DNA from: Tubulanus polymorphus | Taxonomy: Eukaryota; Animalia; Nemertea | NCBI RefSeq assembly: GCF_964204645.1 | Contig: NC_134032.1 | Coordinates: 10,528,275-10,592,274, forward strand | Length of the DNA stretch: 64,000 nt | Direction of reading: 5' to 3' | Position numbers and translations under genes: made by a program | Notes under the pieces: model-generated | Told to the model about the DNA's origin: nothing | The model's database searches: none | What the model saw: only the letters and a program-made list of their open reading frames with translations | Shown here: positions 53,601 through 64,000 of the stretch, in pieces | Position numbering within the stretch: position 1 is the first letter of the stretch | Layout: every line of letters starts with the position of its first letter

Positions 53601-56600
53601 TAAGACCACTGTCTTAAGATTTAAGACTACTTAAAGACTTAGTCATAACTGCAGGTCAACCAGGTCCTAATTTGATTCAATTGAACAACAATTGAAAATA
53701 TGCTAATTTCGACTCTAGGCCCTAACTAAAGCGAGACTGGTGGAACTCGGTCTTGGTTATGATTTTACCAACAAGTCAAATATAGGTTGGTTTTGAACTT
53801 AATGTTACCTTGATTCAAAGCTAAATACTTTAGCGCAGGGTCTAGCTCTCAAGTTATACTTGATTTAATAGAGTCAAAATTTGCCAATAATCGATTCATG
53901 GAATTTAATTTCAATCCATTCCAGCAATAAAGCAATTTTTCGATCTAAAACATTGTCTTACCACAACATTTTCGACTTATTTTTCTTTCACTCTCAGAAA
54001 AAAAGTTAAATTGAGGACTGGTACAAACTGACCAATCCGTAAAGAGCGATCACTTTCAAAAACGAATACTCAATATGCGAATATATTCCATCTAATTAAC
54101 ATTATCCTATCAAGAGTCTCACTCTTTGAATCGAGCAGAAGGAAAGTTTTTTTCAAAGTAGACTTTTCAATAAAGATATTCCATTAAATCCGATTTACTA
54201 ATCAGCACTCAGGCGCACGACGCAAAGACTTTAACCTAGAGGCGAATTTGTAGAAGAAATATTCAATTCCCTTCGAAGATTTATCCGATCGAGAGAAAAA
54301 GCAGGCAGACCGACAGGCGGGTGACAGACACAGTTTGTTGTGTAACTAATCAACAAGTTTATAAGCACACAAGCCCTATATACTCGTATACGTATATGAC
54401 TGGGGTAGGGAGGGTTAATGACACATGAAATATAAAGACCGCATATAATACAAGAGGCCTTTGTACAGTCTAATTATTATGAACCTCAGAGATTCTATTC
54501 AAAGTGTAAGGATTTATAGAAAAAACTTGTCCGGCAAATACTGTATAGCGCTTAATTTAGAGCTATTTCATTGTCAATCATTTTCAGGTTTTATTTGTTC
54601 GACTGCCGATGCATAAGGGTCGGATTTTATTTCGAATGGCAAATAAACTCGAATTTATTTAGTGCGTAGTGGGAAAGGTGAATGCGTTTTCGGTTAATTA
54701 GGAAAAATTTCACGAGTTGAGTCTCATTTGAGACCGACAACACGAATAACGGAACCCGGTTCTGCAGAAATTTGTTAATTGATCGTCGACGGTTTAAAAA
54801 TAAGATTGAAAATAGATTAATTGTATTCTAACCTACATCTCGGAACTTGAATTACATAGTATTATTAATTTCAGAGTTAACGCCCAGGTGGAAAAAAATG
54901 TGAAAGCGCGACTGTACAATGATGTCGGAGTTACCATGACAACTGATTATTTAGAAGACTTCGGTCTCAAGATAAAAATAGATTTTCATCTCGCTATTTC
55001 CGTAGAAACTACGCTGATGTCATCAGAGCCTAGAGGCAGCTTAACTGCACAGGCACTTTAATATTTTACTATATTCCCTGACATGCAAATTGTTTTCTCT
55101 TACTTGATCTGCTAAGAATCCAATCCAAATAATTTAAAACACAGTCACATAGGTAGGCCTATAACATGACGAAAATTTTTTGATTTCTCAACAAATTTCT
55201 CTGACTTTTCCCTGATTTTCAGTTCTTTTTACAAATTCACAAGAAGCGAGTTGATGATGATATGATGATGTCATGGGAGGACGTAGATCACTGGGTATTT
55301 TATAATATACCACTTTTGCATAAGGGTGATTTGATGAAATCATAGGAGGATTTATAGATCTTCTAGGTGACATATAGCCTATTCTATATGGGTTAATGAT
55401 TTCTTGATCATAATTCATCATCATCAGACATGAAATTGATCAATATTATTGATTAACTAAGAGACACGGTATTAATGAATTATTGAAGACTCTGACAATC
55501 TGAGATATCTTCCTATACATGCATACATGAGGATACAGGACAAGTTTAATATTTGATTGCGAGTAGAATTTACCAGATCCATTTCAACACCAGAACCTAT
55601 TTCTATACAGCACTGAACACAACTTTTTTTATTCACTTCAATTAATTTTAAGTTTCGGGCATTAATAAAACTTTCATACGATCCAAAAACTGAAACACCG
55701 CACGCACACCAACACAAACCGGCATTCATTCGATATTGCCACCGGAGACTCCCCGCAGTTTTAATAACCATATTGGTTTTTACAGCAATTCAGCATTCCG
55801 GTCGACTAAAGAGGAGGTTGCGCAGTTAGTTTTTATTCACTCAGCGTTAATTAATGAAAAACAACTTGACACTCCCTCTCCTCCCTTCCTCTTTATACTC
55901 CCTCTCCTCCTTGTACGGTACTCCCTCTCCTCTCTTCCTCTCTGTTCTCCCTCTCTTCCCATCCTCTCTGTTTTCCCTCTCATCTTCTCTCCTTGTACTC
56001 CCTCTCCTCCCTTCATCCCTGTTCTCCCTCTCTCTCTCTTCCGCTCTGTTCTCCCTCTCCTTCCTTCCGCTCTGTTCTCCCTCTCCTTCCTTCCTCTCTG
56101 TTCTCCCTCTCCTCCCTTTCTATCTATGCACCTCCCCTCTTATTCTATCTCTGCGGCCTTTCCTCTACTACCCCTCACCTTATTGCTTTTGCCTCCCTTA
56201 CAACAATGTGCTCCTCTCTCCCTCTCTACTCACTCCCTCAATTCTCTCAGCTATGTCTCTCAACTCATCTCCCTCCCTCTCTCGCTTGTCTCTCACTCAA
56301 TGCTCTCTGCTCTCTCTCAATTCCTCTCCCTCTTCTTTCTCTCTCTAATCTTTACTTCCACTCCTCTCTCTACCCTCTCACTCAATGCTCTCCCGTTCAC
56401 TGACCTCCCCTCTGCTCTCCTCTCATGCCCCCTCCTCAATGCTTTCTACTCCCTCCCTGTGCGCTCCCTCTCCCCTCCTCGCTTGCGTGGTCTGAATTTC
56501 CGCCACACTATTCAGATCAATAAATAGCATATTGACATTAATAACATTATTTGCATCACTCTAAAAATCAATTTGTTATTTTAGTGAATAAAACGGCACG

Positions 56601-57169
56601 TTATGTGAGAATCTATATTACCCGATTCGTTTTTCGATAGCCTAAACGTCTGTCCAATAACTCTTGACATAAATTTAGGACTAGGCCTACCACGTGTTCA
56701 TTTCAATTTATCTATCATCTTTGAATTCATTTGGGCATAGGATTGGCACAGAAAAAAACCCAGAGGCTTAAAGACAATCAGAGGACCCAGTTCCACCGTT
56801 TTGAAGTAAAGAGAAATAATTATCGCTAAAACCACTTAGTAAAAATAGGGTCAAAATTAATTTCCATTTAACCACTTGAATTTACTATAACTATGAGGCA
56901 ATTCTAGGGGTACAGGCTACTCAAGTAAGGTCATCTTAAAGTCTAAGGCCTCTTCAGTGCCCTGTCCTCTTTATCAGAAAAATGGATCAACTAACTAACA
57001 ACAGAACGGAAACACCACCACCACACCACCACGTCCACAGCTCTTTTTTAATTCAATCATCAATAGCCTTAATATCATGACTACTACTTATCCGGAGGAG
57101 AAAGCTCTACACTAATTAATCTACTGATAAATGTTCGCAATCTTACCCTCCTCCATCAACGTGTGACAT
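37748..57169 (-). CDS. ERICH3: ERICH3-like protein (DUF4590 plus acidic region), continuing into PLAT/LH2 and C-terminal RNI-like LRR domains; about 1313 aa
   Basis: 21 phase-consistent GT-AG exons: 57169-57147, 53412-53121, 51896-51723, 50801-50700, 50197-49985, 49688-49481, 48949-48763, 48559-48501, 48036-47935, 47624-47460, 46791-46580, 46300-46189, 44575-44181, 44076-43962, 43676-43560, 42979-42777, 42452-42239, 41611-41445, 41105-40974, 39399-39308, 38405-37748 (3942 nt). ERICH3 motifs MSH..., LAAYNSLMDPHL.GYF, LAQAIVHKTLDMER, QQHCGGN, SRRH.GYPFSLTFYVNG, CCEYKH, PCYKC. The N-terminal identity is strong; the single-transcript model is inferred. Confidence 0.75.
41140..41425. repeat. Intronic minisatellite, ~58 bp unit, about 5 copies
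   Basis: Repeated ttcaacgattca..aaa.t..gattagttcta. Confidence 0.7.
42239..42979 (-). other. PLAT/LH2 domain exons
   Basis: YEISVKTGDIPNSGTDSNVYIVIHG...NKFERGKTDVFRVNAVDVGEE|ISKLRIGHDNSGVGCGWYVDEITI...FLANRWLDKAEGD. Confidence 0.9.
49195..49420. repeat. Intronic minisatellite, ~30 bp degenerate unit
   Basis: Repeated ctgatgatgaccattagg(g/a)tgtgg..act. Confidence 0.65.
54930..54943. promoter_or_regulatory. RFX X-box candidate in intron 1 of the ERICH3-like gene
   Basis: GTTACC AT GACAAC fits the X-box consensus GTHNYY-AT-RRNAAC. Confidence 0.4.
55870..56485. repeat. CT-rich polypyrimidine low-complexity tract
   Basis: About 600 bp made almost entirely of C and T, with ctctgttctccctctcc repeats. 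Confidence 0.9.
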
Positions 57170-58074
57170 CTTCAAATAGATTCGATCGCCGTTTTACAAT
57201 GCGATAACCACGATTTATTCCTGTTTTTCAGGGTCAGAATTCGACTTGTTCAATTCAACGCCATTATTCGCTATGTACGCGTTGATCGGAAATTACTTCC
57301 GTAAACAATTGTTGTTGTCCCGGGAGAATCGTGGCTTCTCGCAATCGATCGAGCTAAATTATACCGCTGCTAGTTAATTCGAATCGGACTCGATAAATGA
57401 CTAAAAATTACCCAAATGTAATCATTCCGACCCAATTGGTCGACGAACTAACTAGATTTTTTAATTAGGATGTTCAAGATAAATAAATTTAATTCATAGA
57501 TACTCAGTACCGCCCTGGCAAGTGAGGATGCTAAACAAATCCACGACTGGTAATCCATTAAACGCTAGAATGTAGATAAAAATAGCCTCGCGTTTATTGG
57601 AATAAGTCATTGTAACTCTAAAAAATGGATGTTTATGATACTAAATCAATAAAAGTTTTTTGATACGATATTCGATTTGGGCAAGTGATGCTGTCGATAA
57701 GCTCTCCTAAAAGTCATATGATAAAATTCAGGATTCGTTAGCAGTTGGGCCCATTTGAATTTTTCAACAGATAGTTATGGAAGTGTTTCCCCAAAATTTA
57801 ATCATCAATTTCAGGAAGCACTGGGAGGTCATGTGACCAGTAGTTCTTGTTCAAAATGGCGGACGGACAGAAAGCGAATGGAAAGAAACCAATCAGCGCC
57901 GTTTCGAAGGTTTATCTCATCGCTTACAACATCCTACAACTGATCGGGTAAGGTTGAATTGAGTTCGTAGAATATAGAATAGAAGCAATAATTTGGGGCT
58001 TGATTTGTGCGTGACCTAATGGGAAAATTGGGGTTTGAGCAGCAAAGAAAACGTCAGTCAGGACAGGACTCGCC

Positions 58075-59368
58075 CACAGGGACTTGTCACGACTGATAAT
58101 GGATGAGACCAATGATGGGGGTACCAGTATCCCTGCAACTGTATAATAAAATAACAAGGGTGGCAACAAATTTTCAATCTGACGATGACTTCTCCACTTC
58201 AATCGACTGTAATTCCAAAAATTCTCAACCGATTCACATGAAATAAGCTTTAATACAACCTAGAAGACTTTCTGCTTCGAACGAGCCTACAACCACCACT
58301 CTCCGACAATTATCTCACAACGAAATCACCTTTTTTGACGAGAGATAGCTCAAAATGGAGGTGTACCGATTCTATGGTGGACAGCAAAATGGTCGTTTTT
58401 TTCAATTCAAACGATGATTTCTATGTGAGATCTTAGAGCAAACCCCAACAAACCATACATTTTTTAAAACTATGCGGTCATACCTGTACGCTTATCTCAT
58501 TTATTAGTATAATCCACGCGATGGGTGAGCTCACAAGCTCAAAATCGAAAATGAGGACGAACACGGCGTTCAACTTGTCATCAACTGGGCAGCCATTAAT
58601 CACGTGATATCGTAGTAACGGGCTAAATATTTCACGCGCATTGATTGGCTTAGAGATTTTGAAAAACATTACAAAATTTATTAAAAGTTCTGTTAATTAA
58701 TAAAATATCCGTATTATGAAAATATAGTGCAACATTCGTCTGAGGGGTGGTATTATTAGCAAATATTTCCTTTTTTCAAGTCTACAGACGTAGTCTTGTC
58801 GCGGTTCTATTAACATAGCCCGAACCTGCACGTCATGTGATTAATGGCCGCCAGCGCGATAGTGCGAGGTGACTTTTTCGTATATTTGTTCGATTTTGAG
58901 CTTGCGAGCTCACCCATCGCGTGGATTATACAAATAAATGAGATAAGCGTACAGGTATGACCGCGTAGTTTAAAAAAATGTATGGTTTGTTGGGGTTATC
59001 TCTAAGATTTCACATAGAAATCATCGTTTGAAGTGAAAAATACGACCATTTTGCTGTCCACCATAGAATCGGTACACCTCCAATTTGAGCTATCTCTCGT
59101 CAAAAAACGGTGATTTCGTTGTGAGATAATTGTCCTAGAGTGGTGGTTAAAGGCTCGTTGGAAGCAGAAAGTCTTCTAGGTTGTATTAAAGCTTATTTCA
59201 TGTGAATCGGTTGAGAATTTTTGGAATTACAGTCGATTGAAGTGGAGAAGTCATTGTCAGATTGAAAATTTGTTGCCACCCTTGTTTTTTATATTATACA
59301 GGGATAGTGGACCTGGTCATTGATATTGGTTTTATTCATTCACTATCAATTGTGACAAATCCCTGTGC
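58075..59368. mobile_element. Large foldback (long-TIR) element
   Basis: Arms 58139-~58550 and ~58889-59301 are near-perfect reverse complements (for example aacaagggtggcaacaaattttcaatctgac and gtcagattgaaaatttgttgccacccttgtt). A more diverged extension reaches 58075 and 59368. The spacer is ~340 bp. Confidence 0.85.
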
Positions 59369-59556
59369 ACTCGCCTGACCTGTGCAGGACAACAGGTTAA
59401 AAGTCATATGCGTCATGATTAGAAGGGGCTTGGGTCAACTAATTGTTTCTTTTGAAATGGTGGAATTCTCCCTTATTTGGGTTTGAGGGCTGTTATTGTC
59501 GGTCACATACAAGTTGATCGGTATTTACTGACTCACACAAAAGATATGATAATAAG

Positions 59557-59996
59557 CGGTCATCCTTATTACCGAGATGACGTATTTTACCGAGATCAAC
59601 CGAGATGAAATTAAATATGACATATTTATTTATTCCTTATCGATTTTTACCATTGAGATCATATTATATCAGTAATAAATGCCTGATGGAGTCATATTTT
59701 ACATATTTTGTCGGATATTTTTGTAGAAAAATAACTTAACTTTACCGAGATAAGATCGTCGATCATTCAAATTCAATGAAATTTTATTGCTAACCGAGTT
59801 TACGTATTTGAAGTCAAAATTTTTTTTAATAAAAAAAATTGTAAAATATGACTCTAGAAGGTATTTATTACTGATATAACATGATTTCAAGTGTTAAAAT
59901 CGATAAGAAATAAATAAATATGCTATATTTTATTTCATCTCGGTTCGTCTCGGTTCATCTCGGTAAAATACGTCATCTCGGTAATAAGGATGACCC
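59557..59996. mobile_element. MITE with ~90 bp TIRs and an 8-bp target site duplication
   Basis: ggtcatccttattaccgagatgacgtattttaccgagat... and ...atctcggtaaaatacgtcatctcggtaataaggatgacc. ATAATAAG lies on both flanks (59549-59556, 59997-60004). Confidence 0.85.
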
Positions 59997-60996
59997 ATAA
60001 TAAGATAGCTTGTCAGATATGCGGTTGTAACTTGTAAAGTTGAATGGGGCTTACATTTCTACTGGGCAAATAATACTCCTCCCAAACCAAGAATAATTCT
60101 TTAAATGTACTTCTAATTTTTGATTGTTCAGTTTTCTGTTGCAGTCTTTTTAGGTTAAATGACGATTTTCTCTTTAATAAGGCTCCTTCCAAAAATTGTC
60201 ATTATTTATGAATTTGTGTATGAACTTATTTAAAAGGTCATTTTGATGATGATTACGTTTGTAATACACGGTCCCAAGCCGAGGTTCAAATGATTAAACC
60301 CTATCCCCTTTTTGCACTTGAGAAATCCCATCGGAAAATTGATTCTCAAATTTCGTCTATCCTTAAACATGCACTGTTTCTAATATAGTCAGCAATCAAT
60401 TATAGGCCACTTTTGTTGATACCCCCCCAAATTTCACAAAAATTGAGTCATTCGTCAATCAAAACGCTCAATTATCTGACATTGAAATAGATTGGTCCTA
60501 ACAGTGGCGGATAACTGACATTTGACCGCATTGAATTTGGTTCTTATAAAGCAAATGGTTAAACCGATTGAAAAATTTCGATTTAATGTCCAAATGTAGG
60601 CTTTTATCTATCAGTATTTGGTTTATCTGTCGAGCCACCTGCTGCCATTCCCAGCGCTGTCGACCGATTCAAGAATAGTGTGTCATATTATAGCGTGTGC
60701 TTGTGTTTTGAAGTTAGTCATGCAAATTTTCTTTTTTCCCCCAAACAGTTCTGGATGTGATCAAGCAATTTAAAGCGGTTACGAACATTTTCCCGCCTGA
60801 TTATTAAGGATTTCGGACGCAGTTCTGAGTCCGAAGTTGATTTTCGATGCTGGAGTGAAGATTTCAGACTAACTATCAAACTTCCTGATCAGTATAGGAT
60901 TTTAGAATTAAGATTAAAAGAGTCTATGCCAAGCGGACAGCTTCAAAAAGTGATTCCACCAGTATTCGTTCAGCTTTGATAAGGATTAAATCGAAT

Positions 60997-62265
60997 ATGG
61001 CTGCCAAGCCGGCGAAGAAGGTCGTCGCGGCGGATGGACTCGTTTTGCGAATTCACGCGTGCAGTTGGAACGTCGCCGAGGAGAAACCCGACGACGACCT
61101 GACCGAGTGGCTCGGCCTGGATTGCGACGTGAGATTCGAACCGGCCGTTTTGGTCGTCGGACTGCAAGAGGTCGATCACCAAGACCAATGGGAGGAGAAG
61201 ATTTTGAAATTGTTGACGCAGCGCGGGTACACGCGCGTCAAACAACGCAGCCTGGCGTGGCTGTACACGGCCGCGTACGTGCAACAGCGCCACCTCGCGA
61301 AAGTCACGAACGTCGAATCGGAGGCGACGAAAACCGGATTCGCCGGCATGATTCCGAACAAGGGCGCCGTCAGCGTGCGATTCGATTTCTACGGCGTCAA
61401 CCTGATATTCGTCAACTCGCACTTCACGGCGCACCACCCGAACACGAACGAACGCATCGCCGACTACGACGACATCCTCGACGGCCAGAAGTTCCGCGAC
61501 GCGGACGTCGACTCGATCCTCGACCACGACTACGTCTTCTGGTTCGGCGATTTGAATTTCCGCATCGACGAACTGAGCAAAAGCGACATCGAACGCGCTG
61601 TCGACGACGGCGACCTCGGCGCGTTGCGCGCGCACGACCAGTTGAACAAGGCACGCGCCGAGGAGTTGATATTCGTCGATTTCGAAGAGGGCGCCACCGA
61701 GTTCCACCCGACGTATAAATACGACAAGGGCACCGACGTTTACGACACGAGCGCGAAGCAGCGCAAACCGGCGTGGACTGATCGGATACTGTGGATGGTA
61801 CACGAAGACGCGTTCGACGACGTCGCGCTCGGCGCCAAGTTGCTCTGGTACGGCGCATACCCCGAGTACAAGACAAGTGATCACAAACCGATCGGCGCCA
61901 AATTCGACATCGTCGTCATGAACAACGCGCCCGAGTTACCGGTGAAATTCGCGCCAATCGCATCGCCGATCGGTACGCGTCCGATGGTGTCTGTCGCGGC
62001 GTCGTACCACTGCGCCGGTGAATTAAGCGTTTCGTCGTGGGATTGGTTGGGGTTGTATCGGCGCGGCTTTAAACACGTAGACGACTACGAGACTTGGGCG
62101 TACGGCGCGAGCGGTGGTGGCGCTGATGCCAAGAAACGCGATGACGTTCCGGTGACATTTACCGACACGGAGAAACTGAGCGGGGAATTTGTGGTCGCGT
62201 ATTTCAACCGCAAGAAGAATTGTTTAGTTGGTTATAGCAATGTTTTCGAAATTCAGTCCGAATAA
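60997..62265 (+). CDS. INPP5K: Inositol polyphosphate 5-phosphatase K/J-like (SKIP/PIPP) with a C-terminal SKICH-like domain; single coding exon, 422 aa
   Basis: SWNVA, VGLQE, NKGAVSVRF, FVNSHFTAH, VFWFGDLNFRI, PTYKYD, KQRKPAWTDRILW and SDHKPI catalytic motifs. SSWDWLGLYRRGFKHVDDYETW and VGYSNVFEI form the SKICH-like tail. Confidence 0.92.
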   Translation: MAAKPAKKVVAADGLVLRIHACSWNVAEEKPDDDLTEWLGLDCDVRFEPAVLVVGLQEVDHQDQWEEKILKLLTQRGYTRVKQRSLAWLYTAAYVQQRHLAKVTNVESEATKTGFAGMIPNKGAVSVRFDFYGVNLIFVNSHFTAHHPNTNERIADYDDILDGQKFRDADVDSILDHDYVFWFGDLNFRIDELSKSDIERAVDDGDLGALRAHDQLNKARAEELIFVDFEEGATEFHPTYKYDKGTDVYDTSAKQRKPAWTDRILWMVHEDAFDDVALGAKLLWYGAYPEYKTSDHKPIGAKFDIVVMNNAPELPVKFAPIASPIGTRPMVSVAASYHCAGELSVSSWDWLGLYRRGFKHVDDYETWAYGASGGGADAKKRDDVPVTFTDTEKLSGEFVVAYFNRKKNCLVGYSNVFEIQSE

Positions 62266-64000
62266 TGACTTTTTATGGCTCGGGGGCCAGTTGCTTTAAA
62301 GTTGGTTCGAGATGACCGGCAGATGAATCCCCGTAGTAACAATGAACTTTAAATTGTCATCTATCTGCTGATTCACTGGTACCAACTTTTTAGAAACTGG
62401 CGCGAGGATGCAAAATGTTAGTAGTAGGGCTAGGTCCAAGGGCAGTATCTGAGGGTTTTTTTCTTTTGGGCAAATTAATTATGAAAGAACAAAAGGGACG
62501 GCTGATTTTCAGAGGGGTGGATGTAAAAATGAAAGTAGTAGTCGCCCCTCTAAAACCTGTTGTGGAGAACACTGGTTGGGCACATCTTTACGCGCCCCTA
62601 AGGTCCGACTTGAGCGGAGTCTACTGTACATTAGATTACAATTCAGTATTCATCTATAACTCCCGGTATATTATCATCATTTCATATAATCATGAGATTT
62701 GTCTCCAATCGTCTTCCCTTAATCAATTATCGACGATTAACTTAATTACCCTGTTATCATTGTTTATCATATCAGTAGTTATTATCTCGTAATGACAGAG
62801 ATTTAAGCCGGGTTCTTTCAAAGTCAGTATCTTGTATTTAAGAATGTATGTATGTGGTTTTAGCTACTTATGCAGCAATGTCTTTTAGTAGAACATGTGT
62901 AGGTGGCCGGTTAAAGAAGCAATCACTTAAAATCCCAGTATCGTTTCTAAATGCCCAGTTGCATAGTCATTACTTACGGTCCAAATGTTAAGACTGGAGG
63001 TAACCCTTTCCTTGTTGACTAATCAATATCCGAAAGTGCTGGTGGAGACAATTTGAAAAGTTTTGAAAAATTCCACTCTTAGGTTTATAGCGACTACGTC
63101 TACACCGCAGTGCTGTGTATCGATATTAACTTAATATTTCACTATGTTTGACAGGTGCCGCCATCTTTCATTAGAGATAAGAACTTATTATGTCTATACA
63201 CCACGATACGGTGAAATATCAGATCCTATCACTGATTAATACACCGCACTGTGGTGTAGCCACACTGGAAGGGTTAATTAAAATCTTATATTAGTTTTAG
63301 ACCAAAATGTGCTTAAACGGGCGTTAAGTTCTTAGGTTGGTTACGGAACCAAAGCACGCGTAAGATAAGCTACGGAACGAAATAATGAGGTTTTAAATCA
63401 ACCAGGGTAAGTCAGGACTGAACAATCCAAGTTTTAAATTCAACCCTTAGGCAGGTTTCGTAGGCCATTTTCAGTTTAGCACTGGGCCCAGTTTCACGAA
63501 AATGTTTCGGTTAAGTTCTTATTTCATGCTTTCATGTTTTCGACAAGGATGACTGCTATTCAAAGCATTTTAAGCTTGTTGAACTGTTTCATGAAACTAC
63601 CCGCCTGAGGTTAGAACTGCTCGACGATCAATGGTCAGTTTAGTTAATCAAAGTCTTTATTAGATAAGATAAGATATATAGCTTTATTCTCCTGACTATG
63701 ATATGCAGTGTAAGGAGGTCTAAAAAGTTTTCAATCATATTCGACAAACAGTATGTACGTCAATGAAAATAGATGACGCAAACAGTATGAAAAATATAAT
63801 GCTTTACTATGAAAAAAATTATGACAATTCCTGATAAAATATTTTACGATAGGAATTTTGAATCAAATAATCTTTCACAACGCTCCACGCAGGGGCGGAT
63901 CCAGACCGTATTAGCCGTATTGCCCAATACGGTCTAGAATTTTTTAGTGCCCTTCGAAATTTCACCGGCAATATTTTTGACGGCATTATTTCAGAAACCG

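Noticed and set aside
55736-56527. 263-aa Leu/Ser/Pro-rich ORF and overlapping ORFs
   Set aside because: Artefact of the CT-rich tract, which lacks stop codons; it lies antisense within ERICH3 intron 1.
60970-61884. 304-aa antisense ORF and Arg-rich alternative frames over INPP5K
   Set aside because: Expected shadow ORFs of a GC3-rich coding sequence; no independent motifs.

Overview
AT-rich, intron-containing animal genomic DNA, probably from a marine invertebrate. The genes were rebuilt by hand from GT-AG boundaries and phase continuity, because the ORF track shows only fragments. In order: two tandem paralogs of an MBOAT1/2-type lysophospholipid acyltransferase (+; copy A 1842-8558 lacks exon 1 in this window, copy B 17915-23846 is complete, 507 aa). 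Between them lie a decayed Polinton/Maverick-type DNA polymerase B fragment and a 3-coding-exon minus-strand gene (13397-15280, 389 aa). That gene encodes a signal peptide, three dermatopontin/amebocyte-aggregation-factor repeats and a Ser/Thr-rich beta domain resembling an aerolysin/ETX-MTX2 pore-forming module, and is the best candidate for an undescribed system. Next come RDM1 (-), TMEM19 (-), LINE and Penelope relics, and a 21-exon ERICH3-like gene (-). Its reading frame continues through a PLAT/LH2 domain into an RNI-like LRR domain that carries an AKAP-like helix. The window ends with a large foldback element and an INPP5K/J-like inositol 5-phosphatase (+) whose CDS has no introns. Introns carry many MITEs, SINE-like elements and minisatellites. 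No database searches were run; family calls rest on recalled motifs.
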